DNA of 64,000 nucleotides from Cenococcum geophilum (lineage: Eukaryota), in assembly GCA_050273025.1 (NCBI GenBank), contig CP158635.1, forward strand, positions 21,514,001 to 21,578,000, read 5' to 3'. Below the pieces are notes generated by a model, which was given only the letters and a program-made list of their open reading frames with translations, did no database searches and was not told the DNA's origin. Shown here piece by piece: positions 1 to 14,032 of this stretch. A program made the position numbers and the translations under genes. Every line of letters begins with the position of its first letter. The first letter of the stretch is position 1.

Positions 1-3000
1 TATTGACCTATTTATAAAAGACGAGCGTCTAAAGCTAGCATAATTAAGTTGTCCCATACCAAGGGATATACTACCTACGGCTATATCAATAGTAAAGCTA
101 GACCTAAGTTAGCTTACCGTATATAACTAGCTCTATGCTAAATATAAAGACGATCTTCGCATATACGAGAAGCAAAAACGGGCTATAAATAATATCAGTA
201 ACTATATCGTTCGCACTATATTGGTAGCCTACCTTCTACTTATTAATGACCTTAATATAGTACACGAACAGCTTTAGGTACTTAAGACTACACTAGCCCC
301 TACTACCTTAGGTTGAAAATAAGACGTCCTTAATTAGTATACGGCTTTAAAAGTCTATAATAAAAAGCAGAGTATTAATAAATGGTTAAACAACTGGCGG
401 AATATCTATAAGCTTACGGAGCAATTAAAGCTACTAGATATATAAGGATTTAGGCCACACTATAACTTTATTTAAGCTATTAAATCCATCTCTTCTAGCT
501 TTGTAGGAGCTTTAGAAGTAGACCTTATCCGTAAGGAACATAAGGACGAAGCTGTACTATCTATTATTGATTTCATCGAGGAATTTAAGGAGCATTACCG
601 TATGCAGCAAGCATCCTCTACCTCTACTGCCAATAACTTAGCCTTTACAACTCTTCAAGGCAACTCAAATTCAGATTTAAATTCTAACGTTAATTCCAAT
701 TCCAATAGCAATTCTAATTTAAATTTAAAATGGCATAAGAAATGCATATATAGTCTCATATATCGATTTAACAACTACTACTACATCATTAAGTATAAGC
801 GCCCTTAAGAATAGAGACCAAGGACGGATATCTAAAAGAAAGTAGATAAAATGATCTCATCTATACCATTAATTAAACGCACAGTCAACCGAATTCAAAA
901 AGAAGAATAAGAAGCAAAGGAGAATAATCAAAAGGACGTAGAATCTACAATTAATTTTAATTCTAAAACCTCACCTTCTAAAATACCAACTAGCTATGCT
1001 GCCGTATTCAGTACTAGTTAAATTCCATTTAAACTCCAGAACACCTAAATACTTAACCCTAGTATAGATACCCACGTCTGCAATAATAAAGAAGACTTTA
1101 CCTTCTCCTACCTAGCAGCAGAAGACGACTACCTAATTGCTAGCGGAAATTTCGAAAAAATATAAGCTTACGGAACAGTAACTATTACTATTAATACACC
1201 TACTAGGAAGTCAAAATTAAAGCTATCCCATATAGCACTAGCACCTACCTTTTTTACAAATATTATAGCACTATTAAGAGCTACTGATAACGATATCTAT
1301 TTCGACTCAGGACGAAACTTACTATACCGTCTAGTAACTGGCGAAATAGTATACTATACAAAACGACTAGGGGGCCACTGGGCACTAATATACAGAGAGC
1401 CTACCCTAGATTTAACTTAATTAACATTCTCAACTTTAAAAAGAAGATATTAGCCTAGCTAAATAGCCCGTAAACCAGTCGGAGCCACGGCTATAAAATG
1501 GCACAAAATACTCGGCTATGCAGGACCTAATGCTATTAAGCAGCTTCCTAAGCACGTTAATGGCGCAAAGCTAACCAAATTAACTACTAAACGAGCACCG
1601 CTTAAAATTAAGTGTGAAGTTTGCTTAATATTAAAGCACACACAGCAGATCTCTTAAAGACAACAACACAAATTTCCAGCCACTTGACCATTCAAGCGGG
1701 TAGCATTTAATATTATTACCCTTAGAGAACTAAGGTATAACGGCGATAGATATATAATGCACTTCTATTGCACGTATTCCAAATTTAATTTTATATTTAC
1801 CGCCAAGAATAAGGACAAAGCTACCGTCCTACCTACCATCCACAAGACCTACCGTTTAATTAAAATACAATTCCACTAAGACGTGATCTTCTTCTGGAGC
1901 GACGATAAACGAGCTTTTAGACAAACAGGAGACACCTTATATATATAGTGCGCAGACAAAGGCATTACTTTTAAATGCCGAGCCCTGTATACAGAAGAAC
2001 AAAATAGCGGAGCTAAACAATCTGGACGAACCCTTATGGAACGATTAAGGGCTATACAGCTAGAAGCTTCCTTACCCCCGTCTCTAGGACCAGAAGCTTT
2101 CCTTACTACTAAATATACACTCAATCGAACCCCAAATAAGCAACTAGGGTAGAGAACCCCCTACAAGGTTGCCTACGGCAAGCCGCCATCACTTACCCAT
2201 ATGCATGTATACGGCTGCAAGACCTATACACTGGACAAACAAATCAAAAGGGGAGATAAACTAGCTCCTTATACATCAATTGGACACCTAGTCGGCTACG
2301 ATTTAACTAATATCTATCAAATCTGGATTCCGAGTCTCTACAAGGTCATTCGAACCAAAGACGTCACATTTAACGAGACCTCATTCTATGACCCCAAGGG
2401 TCAAGACATCGACTACCTGCTAAGGGAAGCATTGGAAGACACCCTTTAGACAATCAGTCTACCAGAACCTCTCCTTAAGAATGAATTTGAGGATAAATAT
2501 ATCCTATATAGACCTAACTCAAATACAGATTAAACGACTACACCTAAATCAAACGATTCGGCAGAGACTCCTACAAAGGATATTAAACAGTTACCAACTC
2601 CTAGCAGAACAGTATCTCCAAATCTGTAACCGACTACCGACACTGTGCTGAGACACGAGATTACCGTCTTAAAAGGCTCCAAGACAGCGTCAACGCCACC
2701 CTATATATTGATCGCAGATCAATATTACTTGCAGATTACTGTTCCCATTTCAGCTACCATTTCATGTATATATACCACTTAATACCCATAGATTTACAAT
2801 TAAGTTGCTCGTTTATTCCCACACACTGCAAAGCTTACAAAATCTATCAGAAACAAACACCTTACCAGAAGGACTTTAAGACGATGTCTTAGAGGCAATT
2901 AAAACAGGTCCTACCCAATTAAGTAGTTCATCAGAACTGTTAAATACAGCTCCACGAGTTAACGAAGTCTCGGCCAAACCTTCTGCCGACCTTATCCTAC

Positions 3001-4740
3001 CAGAAGGATCAAAACGAATTCAACGTCAAGCGCATATAGCAGCACTAGCCAATCTATCTACCCTATCTGGTTACTACGCTGGATTTACCACAGGACTAGT
3101 AAAGGACATCAACCAAACTAGATCCTTATCTCTACATCAGGACAATCTTCCTCCTAAACCAAAGAATCTCAAAGATCTAAGAAAGCATCCATTGACTACC
3201 GGCTTTCAAAAGGCCATGGAAAAAGAATACAATGACCTAAAACGCCGAGGGACATTTAAGACTGTACCAAAAGAAGAAGCAAGCAATAAGCAGATCCTTC
3301 TACTAAAATAGGTCTTCAAATATAAGCTCAACAGCGACGGTTACCTTCAAAAGCTCAAAGCTTGACTATGCGTCTATAGAGACTTACAGATTACCGAAGA
3401 AGAGACCTATGCAGCAACCCTAGCTGCTCAAATATTCCATGCTCTCATAGCTATAGCAGCCGCATTCGACCTGGAAATTCAACAGTATGACGCTGTAAAC
3501 GCATTTATAAACGCCAAGCTTAGTAAACCAATCTACTGCTACTACCTAGAAGGATTTAATCAAAACGGATATGTCCTAAAGCTACTCATGGCGCTATATA
3601 GATTAAAAATCTCACCACTACTTTAGTATAAAGAGCTTACTAATATACTAGCTAAATTCGGATTAGCACCAGTACTAGGCACCAACTGCCTATTTACCGA
3701 TAGACGACTTATTATCTTCTTCTATATAGATAATATTGCCATCCTATTCGCCAAGAAGGACCTTTTAAGACTTAAAGAATTTAAAGCAAAATTGCTGCAC
3801 CAATACGAGATCCGTGCACTAGGAGACCTATAGTAGTTCCTAGGTATTTAAATCAGTCAAGATTAAGCAAGTAGGAAGCTCTGGCTTTGCCAAGACTCCT
3901 ATATTAAAAAGATAGCTAATCAATTCAATATTCAACCAGGAAGATTTCCTAAATCTCCACTACCTGCTAAACTGATTCCGTCTGACTAGCAGACGAACCC
4001 TTAAAGAACACTAGCCTATTAGCAACGAGTTGGTTCTCTTATACACCTAGCCGTATTTAAAAGACCTAATATTACTAAAACGCATTCTAAGCTGGCCAAA
4101 TTCCTTACTAATCTAAATTAAGAATACCTTAATGCAGCAAACCAAGCTATTTCCTACTACCTTAAAACAAAATCAATAGCTATCAAATACTTTAGCGAAG
4201 CCTTTAGAGCATACGTCTATTATAGAAACCTAAAAGGAGAAGACGTTACCTTTTACGGAGCATCTAACGTAGCATTTGCGGATAATAAGGAGACTAGACG
4301 GAGCTCTTAGGGGTACCTATTTATGCTATTCGGAGGACTAATTAATTGGAAAGCTACCTTATAACGATCAGTTACTTATTTAACTACCAAAGCGGAGCTT
4401 CTCTCCCTATCTACTACTGCCGTTAAAATTATCTAGTGGCAACGATTCTTTAAGGCAATTGGCTTCAATTTAGAACATAATTTTACCATGCTCTGCAACA
4501 ATATGCAGACTATACAACTCCTAAGATAGGATACACCAAAGCTTGACACCAAGCTTCGACATATTAACGTCTATTAGCACTAGCTAAGACAGGAAGTCCA
4601 AGACAAAAAGATCGACGTCCAATGGGTCCCTATAGACAAGATGCCTGCCAACGGCCTTACCAAGATCTTACCCCATTAAAAGCACGAGGCATAAATAAAG
4701 CAATTAAATTTAGTAGATATTCAACATCAGATCAATTAAC
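1..4740 (+). pseudogene. gag-pol of copia C1, many RIP-type TAA/TAG stops
   Basis: Integrase, RT and RNase H motifs are readable through stop codons; interrupted by the solo LTR at 2625-2839. Confidence 0.9.
2625..2839 (+). mobile_element. Solo LTR (215 bp) of a family related to C1
   Basis: TGTAACCGACTAC...GCAAAGCTTACA, flanked by a perfect 5-bp TSD AAATC (2620-2624 and 2840-2844); ends similar to the C1 3' LTR. Confidence 0.92.
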
Positions 4741-4913
4741 TCCATTCGCAATATCCACAATATCCACAATATCCGCGATATTCGCAATATGCCATCTTAA
4801 TTACCCTACCCTTTACTACTCTTAAATTGTATTTAAATTTCCTATTTTAGTATAGCTTCTGCCCTTATTTCATGTTCTGCAGCTTTAACTACACCGTTAA
4901 ATCTGGGGGGGTG

Positions 4914-5150
4914 TATAACCAACTACTTGGACTATACTAAAGATACAAGGTTGCAGCCTTCGGGCCTACATTAGCACTACCCTTATATACCTCGTATACC
5001 TCGTATATCTTATATTACCCTATTTCGACTATATATTAGTCTACCCTTTTATTTTATTACCTATACCTTCTTCATGTATATATACTACTTGATTTCCATA
5101 AATTTACAATTAAGTCGTTTATTCAATTCTTCCACACTGCAAAGCTTATA
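4914..5150 (+). repeat. 3' LTR of copia C1
   Basis: Follows the PPT; TATAACC...CTGCAAAGCTTATA, i.e. RIP-altered TG...CA ends matching the solo LTR at 2625-2839. Confidence 0.88.
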
Positions 5151-6536
5151 ATAATACTAGAGGGCTTTAAAATATGGGCTATATACTAGACTGGCTTTAG
5201 TATATAAGAGGTAATAAAAAGGGACCTATTAATTTAGACGAATATTAGATAAAGGAAAAGGGCTTTCCTAAGACGCAGGCAGTCGTATTAGATCTTATAC
5301 TATAAGAACTTAACAGTAAGCGATATTTTAATAAGAACAAGTATATTATCTAGTTAAATAACCTTTTTATAAGCGTTAAGCTACTTTATTGGCTTTATAA
5401 AGAAGGAATTAGAGCTATAGAAACCGTATAAACGACCAAAATAAAATATAAGGTAGTTAATAAATGGGACACTAAACGAACGGAGGAAAGTCCGCGCCTA
5501 AAACAGGATCCTCTAAAGTAAATTAATTGGTCGCTTACAGACCTTAAATTGGTATATTTAGGGTAGATTAAATAGGAGAAGTTATATGGGTGGCTTTTAG
5601 AAAGACGGCTCCGTTATAGAGTTTGCTTAAAAGGACGCCGATATAGTGCTTTTTATAAGTACAGTTAATTTAGGTATATTTATTACTAAAAATAAAGCTC
5701 TGTAGATAGTGACGTTATATATCGCTAAGTAGAGTTAAGGTTTAATAAACTTAATAATACCCTACTGCTACTACATCTAAAGCCTAATAGACGTACAAGA
5801 TCTTTAGAGATAAGGCTATAAAGAAGCTCTTAATACCATAGTTTATTAATATATACAACCACTTTATAAGCGGTGTTAATTAAGCCGATTAACTAAGGTC
5901 TTATTATAATATATAGAGGGCGCACTTAAAGTTATAGAAGCCTCTCTACTACTTCCTTCTTAATATAACCATTACTAATTGCTATAAACTCTCTACTAAA
6001 TTAGTTCCTAGCTATTGGCCTATCCGTAGCGCTTATAAAGCTTTTTATAAAGACCTTGTTAACGCCTTATTTAAACATAGTAAACGTCTTACTAAACTAC
6101 CTAGCCCCGCTACTATAATAGAAAATAAGGATGTTTATAAGGCGCCTATAGAGGAATACGGGGAAAAGCCTATACAGATCTTTCTAAAGTAGCAAAGCTG
6201 TGCAGCTTACGTTAGGGCTAATAGAAAGACGTTAAACGAGCAAAAGGCTTAAAAGCCTCTTATAGAGCCTTTAGTGTATATAATATAGAAACCTCGCGAT
6301 AGTAAGGAGTAGGTAAGACATCGTCGTCCTTTAAAGACTTAATACGGCTGCCCTCTATGCAAAATACCGCTCTATATATAAGGGCCTTGCTAAAAGGAAT
6401 ATCTAGATTATATTAAGCGACGATAGAGTTAATATATATTAATTTAGAGCTTTATTATCACGATATTAACGTGCAATTACTTAATTAAATCTATAGCTTT
6501 ATTTTGCTAAGGTAAGCCTTAATTTAGACAATGGGG
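5151..6536 (+). mobile_element. piggyBac-like DNA transposon, 3' portion (transposase pseudogene)
   Basis: RIP-reverted motifs EGFKIWA (~5160), WLDNLF (~5350), YNHFMGGVDQADQLRSYY (~5855-5905) and a C-terminal Cys cluster YGCPLCKIPLC (~6342-6378). Candidate right end ...ACAATGGGG followed by TTGA at 6537-6540 (end position uncertain). Confidence 0.8.
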
Positions 6537-6672
6537 TTGATTCGCTTACTATATTACCTTTATTAACGGCGTATAAGATAAAGAAGAGAACTATCTAGGT
6601 AGGGACTATAGTCCTTTAAATATATAATACTGTGCCTAAAAAATGTACTAAGTACATTAGTATATTATATTC

Positions 6673-6890
6673 TGTATAATTATAGCACCTAATATACGAA
6701 CGCGTAAATACGCGTTCATATACTAACTACCTACGTACTAACTAATTAGGGGGGAGGCGTGTTAGTATATAGACCACGTAGTCTACCTTAATAGAATCGA
6801 CAGTTACTATCATCTAAAAGAGCATACAATACTATACGTATTTCGTGCCCCTGGATCTGACTCACTCGTGCTATTAAATTAGTACGAATA
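6673..6890 (+). repeat. 5' LTR of GalEa-like copy 1
   Basis: Direct repeat of 18794-19011; TGTATAATT...GTACGAATA. Confidence 0.93.
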
Positions 6891-6916
6891 CTGATTAGTA
6901 AGCGTGCACAGATCAG
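6891..6916 (+). promoter_or_regulatory. Putative conserved hairpin site in place of a tRNA primer-binding site
   Basis: CTGATTAGT (RIP form of palindromic CTGATCAGT) abuts the 5' LTR; the same motif (ACTAATTAG on +, 53026-53034) abuts the 5' LTR of the second family. Recalled as typical of fungal GalEa copias. Confidence 0.65.
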
Positions 6917-7319
6917 CAATTACTTAATACCTCCCCCAAGCGATATATAACAGCGACTACCCATTTAGACTCCTAGTACGACCTACTAGAAGGTTGGAAG
7001 TTAGGGATTATAGACTTATCTCCAACTCTGTATACTTATTTAAGTCTTAGTATAGTTTACTAGAAGTATAATAGACGCGAATATAGACCTGTATAGAACT
7101 CCTACCCTTAAACCTTAAACCCCTATTCCTATTATACCTCCCCTAACCTCTTTTTAGACCCCTTATAGAGACCTCTTACCCTTTTACAAACTGTTACGGA
7201 CCCGTTAATTACTTTACAGACCGTTATAAAACCTTTTACCCTTCCGCGAACTGTTATAGACCCGCCAACCGCCTTTACGGACCACTATAAGACCTCTCCC
7301 ACCCACTACATACTATACT

Positions 7320-10300
7320 ATATAATATAGTATAGTAGACCTAAGAAAGCAAGTTAATAAAGGTTAGGAAAAGTAGAGGTAGGGAGTTAACCTTACGTCT
7401 ATACCTAACGTTAACAACTATATTAAATTTAAAGTTCTTAAATATAAATATTTTAAGCTTATAAACGTCGACCTATAGGAGTAATACTAGGAAGACTTCG
7501 CGGACTTTACAGAAGCTATCTTTAAAGCATGTAACCCTACTACTATCCGTAACCTACGGACCCTCTTACATAACTAAGGTGTATAGGTTAAAAGAAATAA
7601 ATAAGTTACTATTATATAGTCCTTATATAATACAATATATAAGAAGGACCAAATAGAATAGACTAAAGAGGAAATCCTAGACCAGTTCTAAGAAACTAAG
7701 GAACTCTTTACTTCTTTTAAACTTAATATAATCGCTAGCCTTATACCTAACCCACTTAACTAAATTCGTCCTATAAACCTAAGTAGTTTTAGAATTAATC
7801 TTACTAGCTAAAGTATACCTAATACTTAAGTTACGGACTATAATACCCCCGCAACCCAAATTACGGACTATAATACCCCTGTAAACTAAAATACGGACTA
7901 AACCCCTTTTATTATTTAAGTCATAGATCTATAAACTATATATCCGCAAACTATATATCTATAAGCTATATATCCGCAAGTTACAGATCTATAATCTACC
8001 TAAGTAAAGACCTATAGTAAGGAACTAGTAAACCTAGCTAAGCTCTATACTAACAAATCTAAGTATAGCGGCGAAAACGACAACTTTAACTTTAAACTAA
8101 CTATCTTTACGGACCTTTGCCAGAAGGCTGATATTCCTAAATAGGAATTTAGCTAAGCCTACTCTATTATACTGCGCGGCCTAGTACTTAACTACTACTA
8201 CACTAACCGTAAGAGTAACCCCCTTGGTATTCCCTTTAATAAGCTATATAAAGCTACCTATAACTACTTTAAAGAACCGGAATATAAGCGTAATATCCTT
8301 ACCTAATAGAATGTAACTAAGCTACGGACCGTAATTAACAAGAATACTGAAAAATCGACTATAGAGTGCCTGTAAATTCTTATTAAAGACCTCTAGCACC
8401 TATAGCACGGCCTTAACGCTAAGCTTTAAATAGATAACTTCCTGTATAATAAACTTATTACAGCCTACTAGGAAGTAGAGCCCTATAAGTACATCTATTA
8501 TAAGCTTACAGATACCTTAGCTGGCCTTATTAATAATTTACGCTCCTTTATTATAATGTATAAAGTCTTAAACCCACTAGGCAGCACTTAAGCCTTTATT
8601 ATAGATATTTAATATCATAAATAGACTTAGACGTCTACTTTACGGACCGCCGCTACCGCTAGCAGCACCTATACCGACTAAGTCCTACCCGTAACCCCTA
8701 TAGCAACCCCTATATAAAAGTATACCCCTATAGACAAACTAGCCAGAAGTGCTTTATATGCGGTAAGGAAGGATATTAGTCTATAAGGCATACCTAGAAA
8801 GAATATAATAAGTCTAGGAAGAGACTTAATAGCTATATTAACTAGTTTATTTTGGAATACGAAGGAGAGGAAGTAGAAGAGCCCCCTAATAAGTTAATAG
8901 AAGCCCTTATAATTAACTTTAACTTAGATATTTAGGAATAAGAGACCTTAGAGACATTCCTAACTACTTTTAGACCTTTTACGGACAGCTAAGCCTTTAA
9001 TATTATAACCGTATTAGCCGACCACTCCTTTATACACTTAGTTGCGCCTAAAAACTATTCTATAAGCACCCCTGTTATAAACGTTATAGATTATAAGCAG
9101 GACCTATTTATATATATCACCACAGAACGCTATACCCCTAAGGAATTTTACGGTGTTATAATTAATATAGGTGCCTCTAAGAAGTCTACTATAGGCTACG
9201 GACAATACCTTATATATAGGACCACCACAAATAATAATATGGATATTGATATTACGCAAACTAGGGCCGTAAACGTCTAATTCGGCATTGGCTTAACCGC
9301 ATTAATTAGATTAGTTAAAGTTAAGACTCTAATTAGCCTAGTTAACTTCCACATAGTAAAAGCGGACACCCCCTTCCTACTCTATCTTATAGATATAGAT
9401 AGGTTATAGGTGTAGTATAATAATGTTACGGACACCCTAATTGGCCCTATAACTGCCCTAGGAAGCAAGTATATTACCCTACTAATTATATAACGATTTG
9501 GACACCCGTTCCTTATATAGGGAGAGACTTTACGGACCTATATTTAGAAATCTTTTGACTATAACCCGTGCTACCTTACTAGTACGGAAATCTACTACCT
9601 ATACCGCCGTTTCGGCCATCTGTTAGCCGAAAAGCTGTATAGAGTCCTTAAACGCTCTAGACATAACAACGTTAATAGGAAGGCAGTTAACCACCTAACT
9701 AAATACTGCTCCTTCTGCTAGAAATACGGACGTTCCCCAAGCCGATTTAAGTTTACTCTTTATAAAGACCTTAATTTCAACCACTTAGTATACGTAGACA
9801 TAATGTATATTAATGGCAGCCCAGTATTATATATAATTGACGAGGCAACCCACTATTAAGCCGCCCGTTAGCTGCAAAATATATCTATAAAATACACTTA
9901 GGATATTTTATAGACCTGCTGGATTAATATATATATTAGACCCCCTAAGTATATTACCCACAACGCCGGTAGAAACTTTATTAGTAAGGAATTCTAGTAG
10001 TATGCTACGGCTATGGCTATATTAACAAAAGCTGTCCTAGTTAAGGCATATTAGTCTATTAGGCTTATTAAGCGAGCTTACCTAGCCTTATAAAGAGCTT
10101 ACTAGATCATTACAGACGAATATAAGGACATCTAAAAGGAACTGGCTTTATAGATGGCTGTAAAAGCCGTTAATAACACTGCTAGCCCTAACGAACTAGT
10201 ACCTACCCTCTTAGTTTATAGAGCCTACCTAAGGATAAATAGCCTAGGCCCTCCTGCCCTATCTATTACGGAATGAACAACTGTAATACGGAAGGCAATA

Positions 10301-12334
10301 GCCGAACTAGTTAAATTATGGGCTAAATAAACTATTAATAACGCCCTATACCACCGTAACGGACCTAATATAACCTTAGTACACAACCTTCTGCTTAACT
10401 CTAAAGTCCTTATATAGTGTAAAAGCGGTAGCTAAAATAGACCCTATTACCTACTAGCCGTAGAAAACGAGACGTGCTGCGTATAGCTTCCTAGCGGGCT
10501 AACTAGCTTTAGAAGTACGTCCGTAAAACCCTACTTTTAATCTAAAAACACCTATAATGTTAAACTAGATGAACCGGAAGCACCCGCCGAACTAAATAAA
10601 CTAGAAGTACCCCCGCCTACCTTAGAAGTCCCCTAGGAACTTACTAAACCCGCTAAACCTACTATAAAGCGTAGCTGAGGACGCCCCTAAAAGTATCCCG
10701 TAACTAAGAACCCCGTAATAAAGAATTACCTAACCTCCGCAGGTATATCCGCAAGACAATCTCTACCTGCAAATATATCAGTCCTAGTATAGGAAACCCC
10801 TTTTATAGATTTATAGCGTAAAGAGATTAACGGACTACTTAAAAAGGGCGTCTTTGCGGTTATAACGGAAAAAGATATTCCGTAAGGCGTCCGTATATTT
10901 AACTTACGCTTTATTAACGAGATTAAGCACCCTAGTACTAATAAAGCTTTTAAGAAATTAAGGCTTATTATATAAGCTTATAACGACTAGGGAAAGAACC
11001 TAATCCTTACGCAATCGCCTATAATTTAATAAGTTAGTTAATGGATTATACTTATACTTACGCCTAGACTATAGTAAACTAAACCTATAGCCCTCTACTT
11101 ACGGGACATCTTATAAGCCTATATGTAGTTAAATATCTACCTAAGTAGAGATATCTTTATATAACTACTCTATGAGCTTAACCTATAACTAGGAATAATT
11201 TTATGGGTTATAAAACCTCTTTACGGGGTACTAGAAGCTAGAAACTATTAGTTTAAGATATACTACTAGTACTACGTTAGTAAACTTAAAATAGAACAGT
11301 TAACCTATAACCCCTACCTCCTATACAGCCCATTAAACGGCCTTAGTATTGTTAGACTCTAAATAGATAATACCCTATTTCTAGCAGACTAGACCTTTAC
11401 GGACGCTAAAGAAACTAAACTATAAAAGGCTAAGTTCTTAGTAAAGCTGTAAGAGTAGTTAACTAAGTAGAATCTAATTAAGTTTAATAGAGGCCTAATT
11501 ATATAAAAGGGTAACCTAATTAAGCTGACTTAGGAACGCTAAGCTTAAAACCTAAAGCCTGTTATAGTAAAGCCTATAGACCTTACCAGCTCCCGTAAAG
11601 AGACCTATAAGACCGTAAATATAAAGGATTAATACGTTATATAGCGTGCAAGAGGCGCCTATATTACTATAGTCTATTAACCTAAATCTGCCTATGATTT
11701 ATCCTTTACGGCCTAGGTAGTAGATCCGTAAAAAGAAAATACTAAGTAGCTTAATAAGCGTATTTAGTAGTAAATTAATAATATAGTAAGGGGACTTACT
11801 TTTATACTACTAGACCTAAGTTCCCTTAGTTTACTAGTATTTATAGACGCCTCCTTTACTAATAATAGGGACCTATTATCGTAAATCGGCTTTATAATCG
11901 TACTTACGGACTATAATTAGGACGTAAATATACTATATTAGTCTTTAATTAAGTGCAAATAAGTAACCTATAGTATACTAGCCTTTAAACTATATATACT
12001 AGCTTATGGCTTTAATATAGCAGCCGTAATTAAATTAACGGTCCAGAAGATTCTATAACTGGAGTAGTTACCCCTAGTTTTATATACTAATTTAAAGTCC
12101 CTCTATAACTGCCTAGTTAAACTAGGTATAATATAAGAGAAGAGGCTTATAGTTAACCTAATATGCTTACATCAGGCCTATAAACAACATAAAATTGCGG
12201 AGGTTAAATAAATTAGCGGCGGAAATAACCTAGTAGACGCTATAACTAAGGCAAAGCCGTGTTAAGCCCTTAAAACCCTAATTAATACGAATAAGCTTAA
12301 CCTAAAAGTTATAAAATAGGTAGAATAGGACTAA
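7320..12334 (+). pseudogene. gag-pol of GalEa-like copy 1 (start approximate)
   Basis: LAKLYT.ESKYSGENDNF ~8035, KCFICGKEG(C)W zinc knuckle ~8750, FYGV.I(D)(T)GAS protease ~9150, (H)RRFGH ~9600, VF.DASF.NN RNase H ~11840, (D)NPADA(M)TK ~12225. Confidence 0.88.
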
Positions 12335-12415
12335 TAGAGTACCTACGGTACGCCTACAGCCTATTAAAAGGCCGTACGGCTTATTATACGGCCTATTCTA
12401 CGGACCGTAAGCTAT

Positions 12416-12795
12416 TGTCACGGGACACCCCCGTGACACCTTGCACACGTCCACCTGTTTCCACCGACTCAGCAATTAGAGACCAACTGCAAAATGGCAA
12501 TCTGACGGCAATCCAACGGCAATCTACGGCATTCTGCCATATTCTGCCAAGTTCCACCAAATTCTGCCAAGTTCCACTAAATTCTGCTAAGTTCTGCCAG
12601 GACCACGACCTAAACCCTATTCTGCCCTATGTATATATCGACTAAGCAACTAAGTTAACGATATATGCCCTTTCTTCCCAATCTCCTACCTTCTCTCCTT
12701 ACGCAACGTTTTAACCTTATTATATAGTTTATGTATATAGCTTAATAATATCTACTTCGTTATATATTATTACCACTTATACTTACTCCGTAACA
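12416..12795 (+). repeat. 5' LTR of G0
   Basis: Direct repeat of 18022-18401; contains short internal (ATTCTGCCA)-like repeats. Confidence 0.95.
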
Positions 12796-12830
12796 CTACG
12801 TTACGTTAACTACTTATACTACTACCCGAA

Positions 12831-14032
12831 ATAGAAAACGCACCTAAAGCCCCCGTAACGGCCGCCGATATTATATCTATCCTTTAAGAATAAATAGCAA
12901 GTATACAGAAGTCCTTTATAGAGGCCCTTAAATAATAATAAGTTACCCTAACTTAATAATAAGCCGAATAAGAAGTACGGTATTAGAAAACAATAGAAGC
13001 CCTCTAAGAAGAAGTCCGTACCCTTAAGACGCCTACGCTAAGCCCCTAAGATTAATCGCTATTACTAGAAACCAATACGCGGAATACGAGCCCTAAACTA
13101 GCAATAGTTATCCCACCGGTAGAACCGACTACTATATTACAATAATCTAAAAAACTACCAGACCCTTTAGTATTTACTAGCAAACAACGAGAGCTTTGGT
13201 TATTCTTAAGCCGACTTAAGAATAAGCTAATTAGTAATGCTAACCGTTACCTAACTAAAGCTAACCGACTTTACTACGCCCTAAGTTGACTAGGAGGAGA
13301 CACAGCTGACCTTATTAAACCTCTCTAGCCGAACTTAGTATAAAGCCTAGTTATACTTCTTAAAGCTATATACGGTAACCTAAACCGCTAAGCTACCGCT
13401 TAAAGGAAGATAAACTATATAACTTAAGAAAAGAAAAGTTTCCTAGTATACTTCTCCGAATTTAATTATTACGTAAAGGAAACAGGCTAGAATAACTCTG
13501 TACTAATTAACAGCCTTATTAAATCTCTAAGCCCTAAACTAAAAACCTCCCTAATTAGTGTAGACCTACTAGGAGCCCTTAATGCCTGCGTAAACGTTAT
13601 TAATAAACGGTATAATGATATACTACGCCTGACACTGAAGCCCACTCCTTAATATAATACAATAACCCTATAAACGTTTACTAAGTCATCGTCCTAACCT
13701 AAGCACCCCGACGCCATAGATATCGACACTAGGACCCTAGGATACGCCCTACTAGGGTCCTCTAAACGAGAACGACATACTAAGCTAGGCCTCTGCTTTA
13801 AATGTGGAAGTAGCTCCCACCTCTCTAATAACTGCTCCGCCCCCTTCCGAAAAGATCTACAAATAGTCAACGCTAGCAACTATTTACCGCACCGATCTTC
13901 TAGCTACCGACCCCGATCTTTATCTGGCTCCAACTCCGCGTCTAGCAAGCACTATTTATAAAGATAAAGCTACAGCTAACGTCCTATAAGAACCCTACCC
14001 TAATTACCTCTAAAAGGAAGGTCCCGGAGCTA
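12831..14032 (+). pseudogene. gag of G0
   Basis: LPDP..F.GK motif ~13155; CCHC knuckle GLCFKCGSSSHLSNNC ~13788-13835. Confidence 0.8.

Larger units (their letters stand above)
1..5150 (+). mobile_element. Ty1/copia LTR retrotransposon C1, 5'-truncated by the window edge, RIP-inactivated
   Basis: Copia domain order gag-PR-INT-RT-RNaseH: WHKILG ~1500, GHLVGYD..NIYQIWIP in ORF 2201-2449, (W)VFKYK..KA(R)LCV ~3310-3375, QYDAVNAF ~3485, F(Y)GAS(D)..FAD ~4250. G-run PPT at 4905-4911, then a 3' LTR. Confidence 0.93.

Noticed and set aside
12415..12645. 76-aa ORF at the start of G0
   Set aside because: Lies wholly in the LTR and begins in the TSD; open because this LTR end escaped RIP.
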